From Octopus bimaculoides (taxonomy: Eukaryota): 64,000 nt of DNA. Position 1 is the stretch's first letter, and each line of letters begins with the position of its first letter. The stretch covers positions 44,638,963-44,702,962 of the forward strand of contig NC_068983.1 of assembly GCF_001194135.2 (NCBI RefSeq). The letters run 5' to 3'. The notes below the pieces were generated by a model. It searched no databases, had not been told where the DNA came from, and saw only the letters and a list, made by a program, of their open reading frames with translations. Positions 23,569-36,575 of the stretch are shown here, piece by piece. Position numbers and translations under genes: made by a program.

Positions 23569-24212
23569 TAATGGATTAATGAATATATATATAGAGAGAG
23601 AGAGAGAGAGAAAGAGAACTATAAATGTTATAGAACTATAGAACTGTTGGTGCTAACTAGTACCCTTAATCACTTTAATGACATCTATAGTTCTGCCTTT
23701 CAGTTGTAAGTTGCAAATAAGCCACCTGTATGTATGTATGTATGTATGTATGACAGATTTCCATACAGTCCTCTTTCACCTTTCCTCAGCATGTGAACCC
23801 AGCACTGTCCAGTTCTCTTTACGACATCCATCACTGCTTCAAATCTCATCATTTTCTTCAATTCAATGTTTATCATTGTTTCTCTCAGTGACACTCCACT
23901 CATTCAATAAATCATTCTCCCTTCCATACTTCTTAGTCTGCCCTGTGTTTCACGACTCGGTGTCTCATTCTCCATACATGCAAAACATATACTTTTCTTT
24001 TCAAGTTCATTGATACTCCTCTATTTATTTACTCACTACTTTGTTTCTGGAACTTTTCCTATGCATTTAAATAAATAGTTAACTGTCTCATGCACTAGTA
24101 CAATGATTCTTAACCTGAGAGGCTGCACCTCCTGGAGGCTTTGGAACTTCACAAGAGGGTGGAAATGTCAAGGGATTATGGTGGTGCCATGAGGGATGCC
24201 AAATGTTCAGAG

Positions 24213-24465
24213 CAGTGGTTCTCAACCATTTATTTCCTATAGACCCCTTTGATTCCTGTTTCACTCAATTGGATTCACATAACCGTTTGATGTTTAAAAA
24301 ATCATGTTATATTTTTATAATTGGATATTATTAGGAATTGCATAAAAAATTGTTAAAATGATTTGTGTATTGTAGAAGCATAACAAAAATTATTGCACAT
24401 AAATTTTAACAACAAAATTTCTTATGGATCCCCAAAAGTCCCATGGCCTCATTTGATACCCACTG
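24213..24465. mobile_element. hAT (Charlie-like) MITE
   Basis: CAGTGGTTCTCAAC...TGATACCCACTG; 8-bp TSD GTTCAGAG/ATTCAGAG. Confidence 0.8.
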
Positions 24466-24738
24466 ATTCAGAGGGCTCATGATTTTACTTAGCAGTAAAA
24501 TATATAAACCAGATACAATGTTTCAACCTGGTTTCACCTCCTCAGTGACAAATACTCTATACATTCTGAGCTAAGTCAAAAAAATGTTGTTATATCATTA
24601 TCACTTGGTTGAGCTCAGACATTTTTAACCAGTACATACCATCCATTTATACTTTAAGCACATTTTCAAAAAAGACAAACAAAAAATATTGTTGGGATTA
24701 GAATATAAATTCTGATACCAACATTGTACTATCAGGGT

Positions 24739-25134
24739 GTGGAGGCGCAATGGCCCAGTGGTTAGGGCAGCGGACTCACGGTCATAGGATCGCGGTTTTG
24801 ATTCCCAGACCGGGCGTTGTGAGTGTTTATGGAGTGAAAACACCTAAAGCTCCACGAGGCTCCGGCAGGGGACGGTGGTGAACCCTGCTGTACTCTTTCA
24901 CCACAACTTTCTCTCACTCTTACTTCTTGTTTTTGTTGTGCCTGTAATTCAAAAGGTCAGCCTTGTCACACTGTGTCACGCTGAATATCCCCGAGAACTA
25001 CGTTAAGGGTACACGTGTCTGTGGAGTGCTCAGTCACTTGCACGTTAATTTCATGAGCAGGCTGTTCCGTTGATCGGATCAACTGGAACCCTCGACGTCG
25101 GAAGCGACGGAGTGCCAACAACAACAACAACAAC
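24739..25134 (+). mobile_element. tRNA-headed SINE, family A, full length
   Basis: Same head, (CAA)n tail; TSD ACTATCAG at 24728-24735 and 25135-25142. Confidence 0.9.
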
Positions 25135-25324
25135 ACTATCAGTGTTGAAATAGAGTATGACTCAGAAAGCCAGTGTATTACCAGATACAATGTTTCAACC
25201 TGATTTCACCTCCCCAGTAATAAATATTTTAGAGATTCTGAGCAAAGCCAAAAAATATTCTGATATCATTGTCATCCTGTTGAGCTTTCTCAGACATTTT
25301 TAACCTGTGCATGCCATCCATCTT

Positions 25325-25545
25325 GGTCCTGCATTAGTTGAGGAAGGTCTTCATGGAGGCATTCAGTGTCTCTGATGAGTTGATCTACATATGTTGTGTT
25401 CTGACTATTTGCTCAAGTATGGCCATGCTCCAGTATCCATAGCAGTATGTCACTTGCCAGCAGCTCTTGTTTAGCTTGCAACAATGTCCCACAAAGTGCA
25501 AGTGCCTTTCCCTTAATAGTGGAAACTGGCAGGAGATCTCCCTAC
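25325..25545 (-). mobile_element. RTE-type LINE C-terminal fragment
   Basis: LASDILLW...TYVDQLIRDTECLHEDLPQLMQDQDGW. Confidence 0.75.
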
Positions 25546-26120
25546 AGCTGTTTCTGTGAGAAACAGCTGTTCTGACTTAGTAATTAGTAAACAAAATAAT
25601 TACTGATTGTAATGGAAGCTAACCAGGCTAGAATTAAACGATAATGATGATACATGAAGGTCTGTTTAACATAGAAGGTACTCATCCACATTAATATCTA
25701 AAAAGAGGCTTGATGAGATAGTATAAGAAAATAGTGAAGCCTGGTGCAGTCTTCTGGTTTGCCAGCTCTTGTCAAACCATCCAGCCGATGTCAGCGTGGA
25801 TAATGGATGTTAAATGATGACAGTGACAATGACAACACTAATGAATCCACTGTTCAAGATCAGCTGTTTATAATAATCTGCCTTTTTATTTTATTTATTT
25901 ATTTATTGCAAGCCATAAGGAGCGAGAGTATTTGTAAAACGTTATTTGGTAGACACAGATGTTGAGCCGGCCCATCTAGAAACATTGCTACTCTGAACTG
26001 TTGCCCAGGGTCCCTACAGGCCTAGCAGTTCAATTCACACCTAAGTATGATGTGGTTTGCTGTCAATAAATAAATACTATAGTGCCCAGTGCATTGATTT
26101 GCCCAAGTGACTACAACATA

Positions 26121-26300
26121 TCAGGACAATTACCCCACTCCAGGACAATTACCCCGACAACAACTATGCCCTAGGATAATTACTGCTCTTGGTTAATTAA
26201 CCCCTCTCCAATATAATAAGAAGTTTTAAATCATCAGTTGTTGTCCTCGGGGGTAATTGTCCTTGGTGGTTTATTGTCCATGGGGGTTAAATGTCCTAGA
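26121..26300. mobile_element. MITE-like element with reiterated GGACAATTACCCC motifs in inverted orientation
   Basis: AGGACAATTACCCC twice on the left; GGGGTAATTGTCCT and degenerate copies on the right. Confidence 0.6.
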
Positions 26301-27390
26301 CTTGACTACAATGCTGCTAAAGTGACTCTGGTGTTGAACTGTAAAAGAAAATAAAAAGGCTGAGAACCACTGAGCTGTTGCAATAAATACAGTCATTTGC
26401 TCTAGCATTTGTTGTACATTGTATCTAAAATGGATAATCAGACCTATTGACATGAGAGGATGGAACAATGGGAGGTTATAATATTCATGCCTTTTTTAAC
26501 ATATTTTCCCGCATATTTTCATTCAGAGATGTCAAGTAAATATATATTTGAACAAAAATATACATTCATTGTACTCTGAAGTATCTATCACTTATTTCTA
26601 ACCAGAAAGACTTCGTTCATGATGTTATTCCTGTTTTCTATCATTAACTATCAGTGACTATCATTTCTATCAGTAACTTCTTAAAAATCATAACTGATCC
26701 AAAATAATTTGTGTAATTATTCATTCTTATATACAGATTCAAAATAAATAATAAAAAAATATGATATTTTTTACGTGGAATTTGAAAAAAATATGTGTAT
26801 GTTAAGAGGTTAATATAATGCATAAAATAGCTTCAAGTAAAAATCAAATCTGGTTCTCATAGACTTGTTAACAACAATTTAAAGTAGGAAGTGAAACCTG
26901 TTTTATGTTAGTAATAAAAGATTAAATAATGATGTAAAAGTATATTTTAAAGATTTTTGTTCACCAATTTGAAATTGAATATTTTTGAAAAACTTATGGC
27001 TGTGTCGGTAAGATGTTCTCTGTGTAGCCATGTAATTTCGAGTTTATTCCCACTGCTTGGCACTTTGGGCAAGTGTCCTCTGCTATAGCCCTAAGATGAC
27101 CAATGCTTTGTAAGTAAATTTGGTAGATGGAAACTGTGTGAAAGCCCATTGTGTGTATGTGTGTGTGCACACGCATGCATGTGTCTTCATTTGACAATTG
27201 AGGTTGATTTGTTCGATTAAACTCTTTAAGGCAGTGCCCCAACATGGCTGCAGTCCAATGACTAAAACGAATATACAGCTGTGACTTTCTTATACTGTCT
27301 ACAAGCTCAACCATCTCTCTTGTCTAAACAAGGTATGACTAAAACAATATCTTATTTCAGATTCTTTTATTAACAAATAAAATATATATA

Positions 27391-27561
27391 GGCACAGGAG
27401 TGGATGTGTGGTAAGTAGCTTGCTTACCAACCACATGGTTCCGGGTTCAGTTCCACTGCGTGGCATCTTGGGAAAATGTCTTCTGCTATAGCCTCGGGCT
27501 GACCAAAGCCTTGTGAGTGGATTTGGTAGACGGAAACTGAAAGAAGCCCGTCATATATATG

Positions 27562-27619
<58 letters not shown>

Positions 27620-27812
27620 TACCCCTAGCTTTGCTTGACAACTGATGCTGGTGTGCTTATGTCCCCGTAACTTAGCGGTTCGGCAAAAGAGACCGATAGA
27701 ATAAGTACTAGGCTTACAAAGAATAAGTCTCGGGTCGATTTGTTCAACTAAAAAGGCGGTGCTCCAGCATGGCCGCAGTCAAATGACTGAAACAACTAAA
27801 AGAATAAAAGAG
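27391..27812 (+). mobile_element. SINE family B (tRNA-like head, central TA/TG microsatellite, TAAAAGAG tail); representative copy
   Basis: Related copies or fragments near 190-430, 6390-6700, 12860-13140, 16215-16700, 38198-38354, 40740-40925, 49510-49640, 61307-61619, 61915-62330 and 62735-63117. Confidence 0.85.
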
Positions 27813-29084
27813 ATATGAATATAGCAAAATAGTTGCCACATCTACTATTGAAGTAAGGATTTTCTTTATCAGGAATTAATAAATTCTTCTTTGTTTTTAA
27901 CATAATTTTTGATAACAAGTAACCAGAGCTGAAGAATTGCTGGTTGAAGCCCTATCACCGATACTGTACTATGTCCATGGTTAAAATACTTAACTCCAGT
28001 TGACCTAATCAGTGTAGTTGTAAATAGATACCCTAATAAGATGCTCTTTAATCATTAAACAATAGGATATATCTTCTAAAATTTCTATGTAGAACATTAT
28101 CCAATGATCAATGCGCTTGACAAGAAGTCAAATGGATTAATTCTATTAACCAGAATTTATTGAGATGAACAAATATTGACTGAATAATATCTCTGAACTG
28201 TCTTCTATTGCCATTGTTAGCCAGAAAAAAAGAAAAAAGAAACAAGCAAAAATATCTGTGTATTGTGACATAATTAGATGTGTACCACCTGGTGCTCTGA
28301 TTTCTTCCCACCATTAATGCCTCACATAGTTGCTGCATAGTAATATTGGAGCCTGGTGTAGCCATCTGGTTTCATCAGTCCTCAGTCAAATCGTCCAACC
28401 CATGCTAGCATGGAAAGCGGACGTTAAACGACAATGATGATGATGATGATGGGTTGTTGTATGAAATGCAGTTTAATGCCTGATAATATAATGTCTTTTG
28501 ATTAGAAGTCAGGATGAATATCAATACGAAAATACAGAGGCAAGTTAAAATTTACCGCACTGCAACATTTATTTTCATCGCTAAAATGAATACATCAACT
28601 GGAATAACAAATGGAACTCTGTCAAAAACTTTGCATGGTTTCACAATGTTTCTCGAAGTTGAAGCTAAATGTTAGAAGAAACACAAAACACAGCATCAGA
28701 GGTTCTGGTTACAAATCTCTTCTTGTAGAAGCTGCAAAGTGGAACACACTGCTCTCATTGTCAAAGATCCAACTTGCTCATAGCCAACTCACCTCCCTCT
28801 GGAATTAGGGGAAAAATCGTCCCTTAAATAGCTGATGTAGAGATGCTAAGTTAGGTTATCATGTTAAGGAGTGGACAGTCCACGTAAAGCTAAATGGACT
28901 TGACCATCACATGATGAACCAAAAATAGGAAGTTAAAAGTAAGAAGCGACATTGTGGGTAGCTAAAAGTAAAGAGCGATCATGCTTCAGCTGCATGCTAT
29001 CAAGTTAATTTAGAGGACATCTCGTTACTTTGAGGACTGAGGTTTCTGCAGGATACAGCTGCACAGTGTTCTCAGTTCAATGTT

Positions 29085-29410
29085 TTGTCATGTCAACTCA
29101 TTTTGGAATTCAGACCTATCTGGGATTCGCAGATACTGTTGCAGACATTGTAATAGTGATCTTCAGTACTTGGAATTAGATGATTCTACATTTAGCTCTT
29201 CTCTCCTTCAGGGTATTGATCTTGGCTACCTCAAAGTCAGAGATGACTTAGTGGTTAGAGCATTTCCACTGGGAACTCTTCAGTACTTTTGATTTGCATG
29301 TATTCAGATTTATCTTGCAGGTTTTCAAGATCTTTAGAGTGTCCTTGTAACAGAGCTGTGAGCAGCCTTGGTGTCTGGAACCAGAGCATGCATACCGCAT
29401 GGCCAATCCA
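29085..29410 (-). mobile_element. RTE-type LINE C-terminal fragment
   Basis: GSRHQGCSQLCYKDTLK...VCNSICESQIGLNSKM (degenerate terminal zinc-finger-like motif). Confidence 0.7.
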
Positions 29411-30810
29411 CCTTAGTTGTGCTTTATTAAATTAATATACTCAAAACAGCCTTAGATTAGGACACTGGTGTGTATGCACTTATATAATACATAGCCTGGT
29501 GTTGCCATCCGGTTTCACCAGTCCTCAGTCAAATCGTCCAACCCGTGCTAGCATGGAAAGCAGACGTTAAACGATGATGATGATGATGATGATATACAAA
29601 TGTGGAATGGCACTAGATGTCATATTTCTGTAGTCTTAGGGATACTGACATTTGTGTTAAAAAACAGGCCTTCACTTAAAATACTGGTAGATTAACATAG
29701 TGTTTCAACTTCATTTGGCCTCCTCAGTGATGAATAACTGGAGGTTCTTAGTCAAGGTAAAAAAAAAAAAAAAAAAAAAGAAATGCTTGTTCTGATATAG
29801 AAATCAGTAAATAAGATATTTACTGATTTGTATGAAAGCTAGTCAGGCTGGAATGAAATAATATACATACTTGAAACAATCTTAGTTTAAAATGCTGTGT
29901 ATATACACACTTATAACACAAACACAGACAAGAACAAGCATGTACACACAGATAGAGAAACAAACAAACACACACACACACACACAGAGGAACAAGCACG
30001 CACGTACAATCCATTAGCTTTCTTCTCTCATTTCGTCAACTGGCAGTTGACAACTGCCACAGAAAGAGCCGAATTGAAGTGTTTTGGTCCATTGAGTCAT
30101 ATCGAAAGAATGCCATATATATATATATATATATATAACGTTCAAGACATACACACTTCACGTCTGGCTGTACAGCCTTTTTGTTTGTTTATTTCACCAT
30201 TTCGTTTTCCTGTCTTGTTTCCCGTCCGCCACTACCCTCCACGAAAACAATTTAATTTGTGTTCGTGGGAAGAACCATTTTAACAATGCGTACTGCCTTA
30301 ATTCTTCGAAACGCCGGAGTTTTAATGGTGGCAGCTGATGAACGGGATGTTTCTATGTGGCCTGCTTGTTTGTTGCACCTTGTTCACCATTTTGTCCTTG
30401 TTCTTTTGCCACGTCATGTACCCAGTTATGTATNNNNNNNNNNNNNNNNNNNNNNNNNNNNNNNNNNNNNNNNNNNNNNNNNNNNNNNNNNNNNNNNNNN
30501 NNNNNNNNNNNNNNNNNNNNNNNNNNNNNNNNNNNNNNNNNNNNNNNNNNNNNNNNNNNNNNNNNNNNNNNNNNNNNNNNNNNNNNNNNNNNNNNNNNNN
30601 NNNNNNNNNNNNNNNNNNNNNNNNNNNNNNNNNNNNNNNNNNNNNNNNNNNNNNNNNNNNNNNNNNNNNNNNNNNNNNNNNNNNNNNNNNNNNNNNNNNN
30701 NNNNNNNNNNNNNNNNNNNNNNNNNNNNNNNNNNTATATAGGTACTACTAAAGCAGCGCGGACCTAAACGCGCAGTCGCGCGTCCGCGCTAGCTAGTCTT
30801 GAGTGGTCGA

Positions 30811-30856
30811 TCCTAACCCTAACCCTGTCCCTAACCCTATCCCTAACCCTAACCCG
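30811..30856. repeat. Short interstitial (CCCTAA)n-like tract
   Basis: CCTAACCCTAACCCTGTCCCTAACCCTATCCCTAACCCTAACCC, next to CpG-rich repeat sequence. Confidence 0.85.
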
Positions 30857-31710
30857 CGTGTGCAAATGAATACGTTATATATATATATATTTACCCGGGC
30901 TGTAGTAGAAGACAGTAACGCAAGGTGTCATGCATTAGGGGATGAACCCAAAACCGTGTGATCGGGAAACAAGCTGTTTACCACACAGTTCTACACACAC
31001 ACACACAGAGTCATATGTATGCATGTATGTGTATAAAATTCAACAGGACAACATATATTTAATTAAACTCAAATCAGTGGTGTTTAGCTACATGTAACCG
31101 CTTAAAAGCGGAAGGAAAAAAGTTTTATTTCGACACACACACGCATATTTTATCTGCTGTATCTCCAGATATTCAATTTTGATGGTTCAATCTAACCAAC
31201 TAACGCTTAAACAGCAGAAATGTTTAAAAGTATTAAAATTATCATTTTCTTGTGTAGGTTGTGTGTGCGCGCGCTGTGTACGAAGACGTGATTACACGTA
31301 GGCAAGTTCATCAATTAAAAAAAGAACTTGCTTCAAAAGGATTTTCATCAAATAAATTTCAAATAAATATTTACTGGTAAGATTTACTACTTGAACTTTA
31401 AATTTAACCGAAGAAAACTTTTTTTCTTTTTAATAATAATTAAAAATAAATGTTGAATAGAGAATGTGCATCATAGAAATTGATACGTCATGTTTAACTG
31501 CCGCGTACACCAACCTAACATGTATATATACAACATAAACGACGTTTTCTTGCGGCGGAGTTTCAAAATAGCTGTTAGTATCTCACGGGGAAGGAAAACT
31601 TTAAATAAATAAATAAATGAAAATTAGGAGGTTTCCTTTTTTTCCATTCCACACAAAGGAAATTACAATTCTGAAAGTTTTTTTTCCCCCCAAATTTCAG
31701 CTTTTTGACG

Positions 31711-31875
31711 TTAATTCTTTTTTGGAACTGGATCTCGAAGCACGTATAAAGCATGTAAATATTGACTGCTTTCGACTTTTTCAATCTAAAGAAGTTTTTG
31801 AACCGAATATTACATGCTATAATTTACAGTTTATATATGCTTCGAGATCCAGTTCCAAAAACAGAACGATTAAAA
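31711..31875. mobile_element. Small palindromic MITE near the LysM promoter region
   Basis: Perfect 24-bp inverted repeat TTTTTGGAACTGGATCTCGAAGCA (31719-31742 / 31838-31861); TTAA at both outer ends. Confidence 0.65.
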
Positions 31876-31915
31876 ATATATATATTTATGTCCCCCCTCC
31901 CCCCCAATTCCGTAC

Positions 31916-31931
31916 TCTTTTCGCTCGCCAT
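31916..31931 (-). CDS. Candidate start exon (ATGGCGAGCGAAAAGA|gtacgg; MASEK) divergent from the LysM gene
   Basis: ATGGCG start and GT donor in the CpG-retaining region about 700 bp upstream of the LysM ATG. Confidence 0.25.
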
Positions 31932-32619
31932 GAGGTTAGAGATAGATATTGGGAAAGAGACACAGAAAGCATTTTTCCTCTGTTTCTGGAAAAATCAACG
32001 TAATTCTGAAGCTGAACATTTTGTAGATGTTTAAAAGAAATCCTTGACCGGTTCCAATAACGGTAACAACGGTTCCAAGTCGACGGACAGGAGCAACATA
32101 ACTGCTAGAGTTACCTGCCCCTGATAACATGAAAAGACAACTGCATGCCGGGAGAGAAGCCAGTGCTAAGTAGTTTCCTGCACATTAACTTTATCATGAA
32201 CGTCGTTGGAGTCGAACCCCTGTAACTCTACTCGATGTTTTATACCATCAGGAAGAAAATCTATCTCCATATTTCTGATTTTGATAATCCAGAATGATAA
32301 CCATGTCGACTAAGTTTCTTTATTTCGTTACAGCTGCTTCATGAAAAAAAAAATATATATATACATATCTACATATACACTGTGTATCTTTTCCACTCAT
32401 AACATATCAAGTCAACCATCAAAATAATTGGTCAACCCGTACTTGGCTTACTCTGCATGGATGGCTTTATTTCTATTTCTCCATATGAACGGTTTGACGG
32501 GAGGTATTTTGATAGTAGACTGTCATTTGTGGTGAATGTCCGGTTTACGTTGTCATTGCCACCAGTCTCAAACTTAATCTTGGCTAACTCACTTTCAGAG
32601 TTACTTTACAAAAGTTATT

Positions 32620-33015
32620 ATGAGTGCTGGTTTTCATGATAGATCGTTGTCACCCAGCCAAAATGCTAATTTACAAGCTAATTCATCAAAACCACAAAGG
32701 ACTTCTTTATTTCGGTCTTTTTTGTCGTCTTCCAGTTCACCGAAATATCACAAGCTGCAACAGAAGCATGGCACAAGTAATAACTTCCATCGAACATATG
32801 TACACGGACACGTGGACAATTCTTTGGAAGATGACGAGGATGAAGACAATATATTTGAACTTCCTGAGATCCGGTCTCGAAAGGGACCCGGTAATTCTAA
32901 AACTTCAGATCCCTCTACCTCAAAACCGTACGGGACATCGGAAATGGACTATCTGCAACATACAGTAACAGATGTTGATACTGTTCAGAGTTTATCAATC
33001 AAATACTCTTGTCCT
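32620..33015 (+). CDS. LYSMD3: First coding exon of a LysM and putative peptidoglycan-binding domain protein (LYSMD3/LYSMD4 type); gene continues downstream
   Basis: Translation MSAGFHDRSL...DDEDEDNIFELPEIRSRKG...YLQHTVTDVDTVQSLSIKYSCP. The acidic 'EDNIFEL..RSR' segment and 'HTV...DTVQSLSIKYSCP' parallel the LYSMD3 N-terminus and first half of the LysM domain (recalled human: EEDAEVYELRSRG...DIQEGDTLNAIALQYCCT). Acceptor ACTTTCAG ends at 32598; phase-0 donor CCT|GTAAGT at 33015/33016, mid-LysM. LYSMD3 versus LYSMD4 cannot be resolved. Confidence 0.85.
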
Positions 33016-34388
33016 GTAAGTGTGTAATTTAATTTGTTTTGTTGGTGTTTATAATTTTATTGCATTCACACTTATAAAAAGGTTTCTCCTGCCACACGTA
33101 TACATACACGAGAAAACCCGCTGCAATTGTTTGGGTTTGCTAGAAATAACAACTAAATTCCCTCAAATGCATCCACGCCTTTATAAGGAGGTACCCTGGA
33201 CCATTTAATATTTACAAAAAACAAACAGAAACGCAAACAACACCAAATGGGCAAGGCTGAAACACATCTTTGATCACCGGTCTGTTCGATGAGGGCTTAA
33301 CTTAATACAACGCATGCACACAGACACACACACACACACACACACGTTCTTACGCGCACTTGATTAGGAATCTATAAGATAAAAAAGTTATTTAATTTAA
33401 TGAGGTATCTGTATTGACCTTTTTTTTTTTGCCAAGGTGCTGAAGAAGTGTGGTTTTTTTCTTTTTCTGTCTGAACTTAGAATATTGTTTGTTCCTTTAA
33501 AGGAAGTAAGAAAAAAAAGGATGAGAAGTTTTAAGTTTTATAAAAACAGGGAAGTGCCCAGTCAGGGAATTTTCCTAACATACGTAAATTCCTGTTACCT
33601 TTGATATTAGCTCACGCTATCGTTTATAAACAGCACTAAAGATTATTTGCTAGAAGAAAAATATTTTCATAAATATCCAATGCGAATGATTAATGAACTG
33701 TCAGTTTTCAAAATGAATTGCTTTTTTCGTTCATTGTTGGAACAGATTCGAGTTGTGAGTAAGGAAAGAAACTATATTTAACTGACGGAAGTATTGACAG
33801 ACCGAGTTATTAAGTTCACAGAAGAAGCAGGGGTTCGATGTTAGTGTTTTGTTTAGCTCAGATCAACCTTGACAGAGCAGACGATATATGTATGATGATT
33901 GAGTCATTCCTGCCGTAAACACTTTTCTTCCACCCATAAGGTGTGTATAAGATTACATTATTCAGTGCCCTTTCACTTTTTAAAGACAATAAGGTGTGAT
34001 TTTAAGGAGATTTGGCTGACATTTCTAGCTGACTTCAACTCAACCCTGTTAGATATAGCAGCCTTACGGTCAAAGAATTTCCAGCCCTGAATATTTTGGT
34101 TACGTTGTTTAATGTGTCCCATCCTTATTAAAAAACAAAGGTAAGGTTGGGTGACCTGAAAGATTTGGTTGTTATTCCTAGCAGGTCGAGTAATCACGTA
34201 GCTGGGACCTCGTTGGTTACGAGCCATTTTCATGCTCCTAGATAAAACAACTGAAATTGTCTTCTGCTGTTTTCAGGCCTAATTTAGAAATGGGTATTAA
34301 CACTGAAAGTTTAGAGACGTGACTCCATGTGTGCACCTACCTACCTATCTATCTATCTATCTATCGTGTGTATGTATGTGATATATAT

Positions 34389-34420
<32 letters not shown>

Positions 34421-34662
34421 CATCAGAAGAGACGAGTTTCGTGCGTTGTAATTTGCTAATGTAAGAAATTCTAGGCTTTTGAGTCACTCTAGCTTCTGTC
34501 GATAAATAATAATAATAGTTTCAAAAAGTTGATAACATCGACTCCAGTGTTCAACTGGTACTTTTTTTTTTATCGACCTCGAAAGGATGAAAGGCAATGT
34601 CGACCTCGAACTTTGAAGACACGAAATGAGGCTAAACATTTTGTCCGGCGTACTATCAATTT

Positions 34663-34821
34663 GGTACTACTTAAATACAGGTGTTACATACAAAACATTT
34701 AAATGTTCGCTGTCTGGACCTGTAATGACACCGTAACCCTAACTAACCCTAACCCTGAAACTAACCCCCTCCTTCATGTCGTTACGTAGATGCATCGGGC
34801 CCTCCGTATTTAAGTAGTGCC
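34663..34821. mobile_element. MITE with 16-bp TIR and internal CCCTAA-like repeats, interrupting a SINE-C fragment
   Basis: GGTACTACTTAAATAC...GTATTTAAGTAGTGCC. Confidence 0.8.
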
Positions 34822-35156
34822 AAACAATTCTACCATCTCGCCGCCTTAATAATAATAATAATGGTTCCAAATTTGCCACAGGGGCAGCAATTTTGGGGGA
34901 GAGGATGAGTCGATTACGTCGACTCCACTTGTTTTATTGACCCTGAAAGAATGAAAGGCAAAGTCGACCTCGGCGGAATTTGAACTCAGAACGTAGCGAC
35001 GAGCGAAGCACCGCTAAGTATTTCGCCCGGCGTGCTAACGATTCTGCCAGCTTGCAATAACAATAAAAATCATTTGTGCGAAAATGAAGGGGAAAAAAAA
35101 CACGAGTGTAATAAGTTTTAATAAATGTATTAGTTTAATGCTTATGAGAAAGAGTT

Positions 35157-35235
<79 letters not shown>

Positions 35236-35495
35236 AAAGTCAATTCAAGAAATTACTTTGCCAGTCACAAACGAGTTTGATAGTCAATGAAATTTGGTTA
35301 CGTGTAGCTTTCTTTAGCTGAATGAAGGCATCAATCCACCTAGCTGATGTATCGCTCTTTTCCTTTTTGAAACAATCGATAGACTAGAAAAACCTGACCG
35401 GAAATATATAGATAACTAAATTACAACAAATACATAGTTCATTTTTTATATTATAGTACATTGTTGTACCATTCAAAACTTTTTATTCTTTACAT

Positions 35496-35546
<51 letters not shown>

Positions 35547-35651
35547 AGTTAAAAAAAAACAATAACAAAAAAACAACAAAGTGAGGACGTGATACGGATA
35601 GTGTTATTGGACGCTCGGGAAAGGAAAGAGAGAATATATATAGTGTGTGTG

Positions 35652-35717
<66 letters not shown>

Positions 35718-35900
35718 AAGTGAGTATATATATTTATAAGTATATATATATTTATATATAAAGTGAGTATATATATTTATAAGTATATACATATATATGT
35801 ATATAAAATGTGTATGTATATGTGTTTATGTATATATATATGTATATGCATGTATGTGTGTGTGTATGTGTTTGTATATATGTGTGTATATATGTGTGTG

Positions 35901-35953
<53 letters not shown>

Positions 35954-36423
35954 TTGTGCGCACATACAGACACGCATACAACGTGGAAGTCAACGCGTGA
36001 GTAAGGCCCCTTCCTAAATTCAAATAAGTCTGTGCAAGCGTTTGGAGAGTTCAAAGAAGTTCTTGTGCATGAGTTATTTTTTAGTGGTTAAAGTGTAGCA
36101 CAGCACCGAACTCATTCTTCAATGCAACCAGCTATAAAACTTTAAACCGCACACGATAGCGGGGCCTTGGTTATGAGACCTCCAGGGTTTTGAAGAGTGT
36201 GGAATCACCTCTTAGCCACTATTGTTTCCAGGTCTCAGGGTCCCAGCTATTGTGCAATTAGCATGTGAACGATTGAGTGTGAAGGGTCCCTAGTTATCAT
36301 TAGAACTTCTAGGAATAGGTGAACTCGTATAGGAAAAAGTGCAGTTGGTTTCTGCTCGTTCAACCTCTGTTGTGCACTCGTTTTCTTTCTCTCCTTCTTT
36401 CCAGCTGTTTTCTCTCTTCACTC

Positions 36424-36459
36424 CTTTTTGTAGAAGAGCGAAGGCTCGAAACGTCAAAG
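36424..36459 (+). ncRNA. Minimal hammerhead-like motif, family 2, in a Penelope-like terminal-repeat fragment
   Basis: CTTT-TTGTAGA-A-GAGC(gaag)GCTC-GAAA-CG-TC-AAAG; stems I and II pair; GUC triplet present; core variant. Confidence 0.5.
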
Positions 36460-36537
36460 ACTCTTCAATTTTTCTCGATTGTCAAACTAATTACACATTG
36501 TTTGTTGTTCCTTTACGTGTCTATCTTTTGTACAAGC

Positions 36538-36575
<38 letters not shown>

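Noticed and set aside
24739-24815. tRNA gene at SINE-A heads (also 45781 and 8326)
   Set aside because: Continues into a SINE body with tail and TSDs; acceptor stem not intact.
30262-30345. Hammerhead in the Penelope-like fragment (GAAGAA...TTCTTC-GAAACG; CTGATGA downstream)
   Set aside because: Core upstream of the stem is degenerate (CGTGGGA) and the downstream CTGATGA lacks compatible stems.
32190-32250. GGTTCGACTCC B-box-like motif on the minus strand (possible tRNA)
   Set aside because: No A-box or cloverleaf could be folded.
35697-35790. About 40-bp duplication within a TA microsatellite
   Set aside because: Low complexity; likely slippage or assembly artefact.
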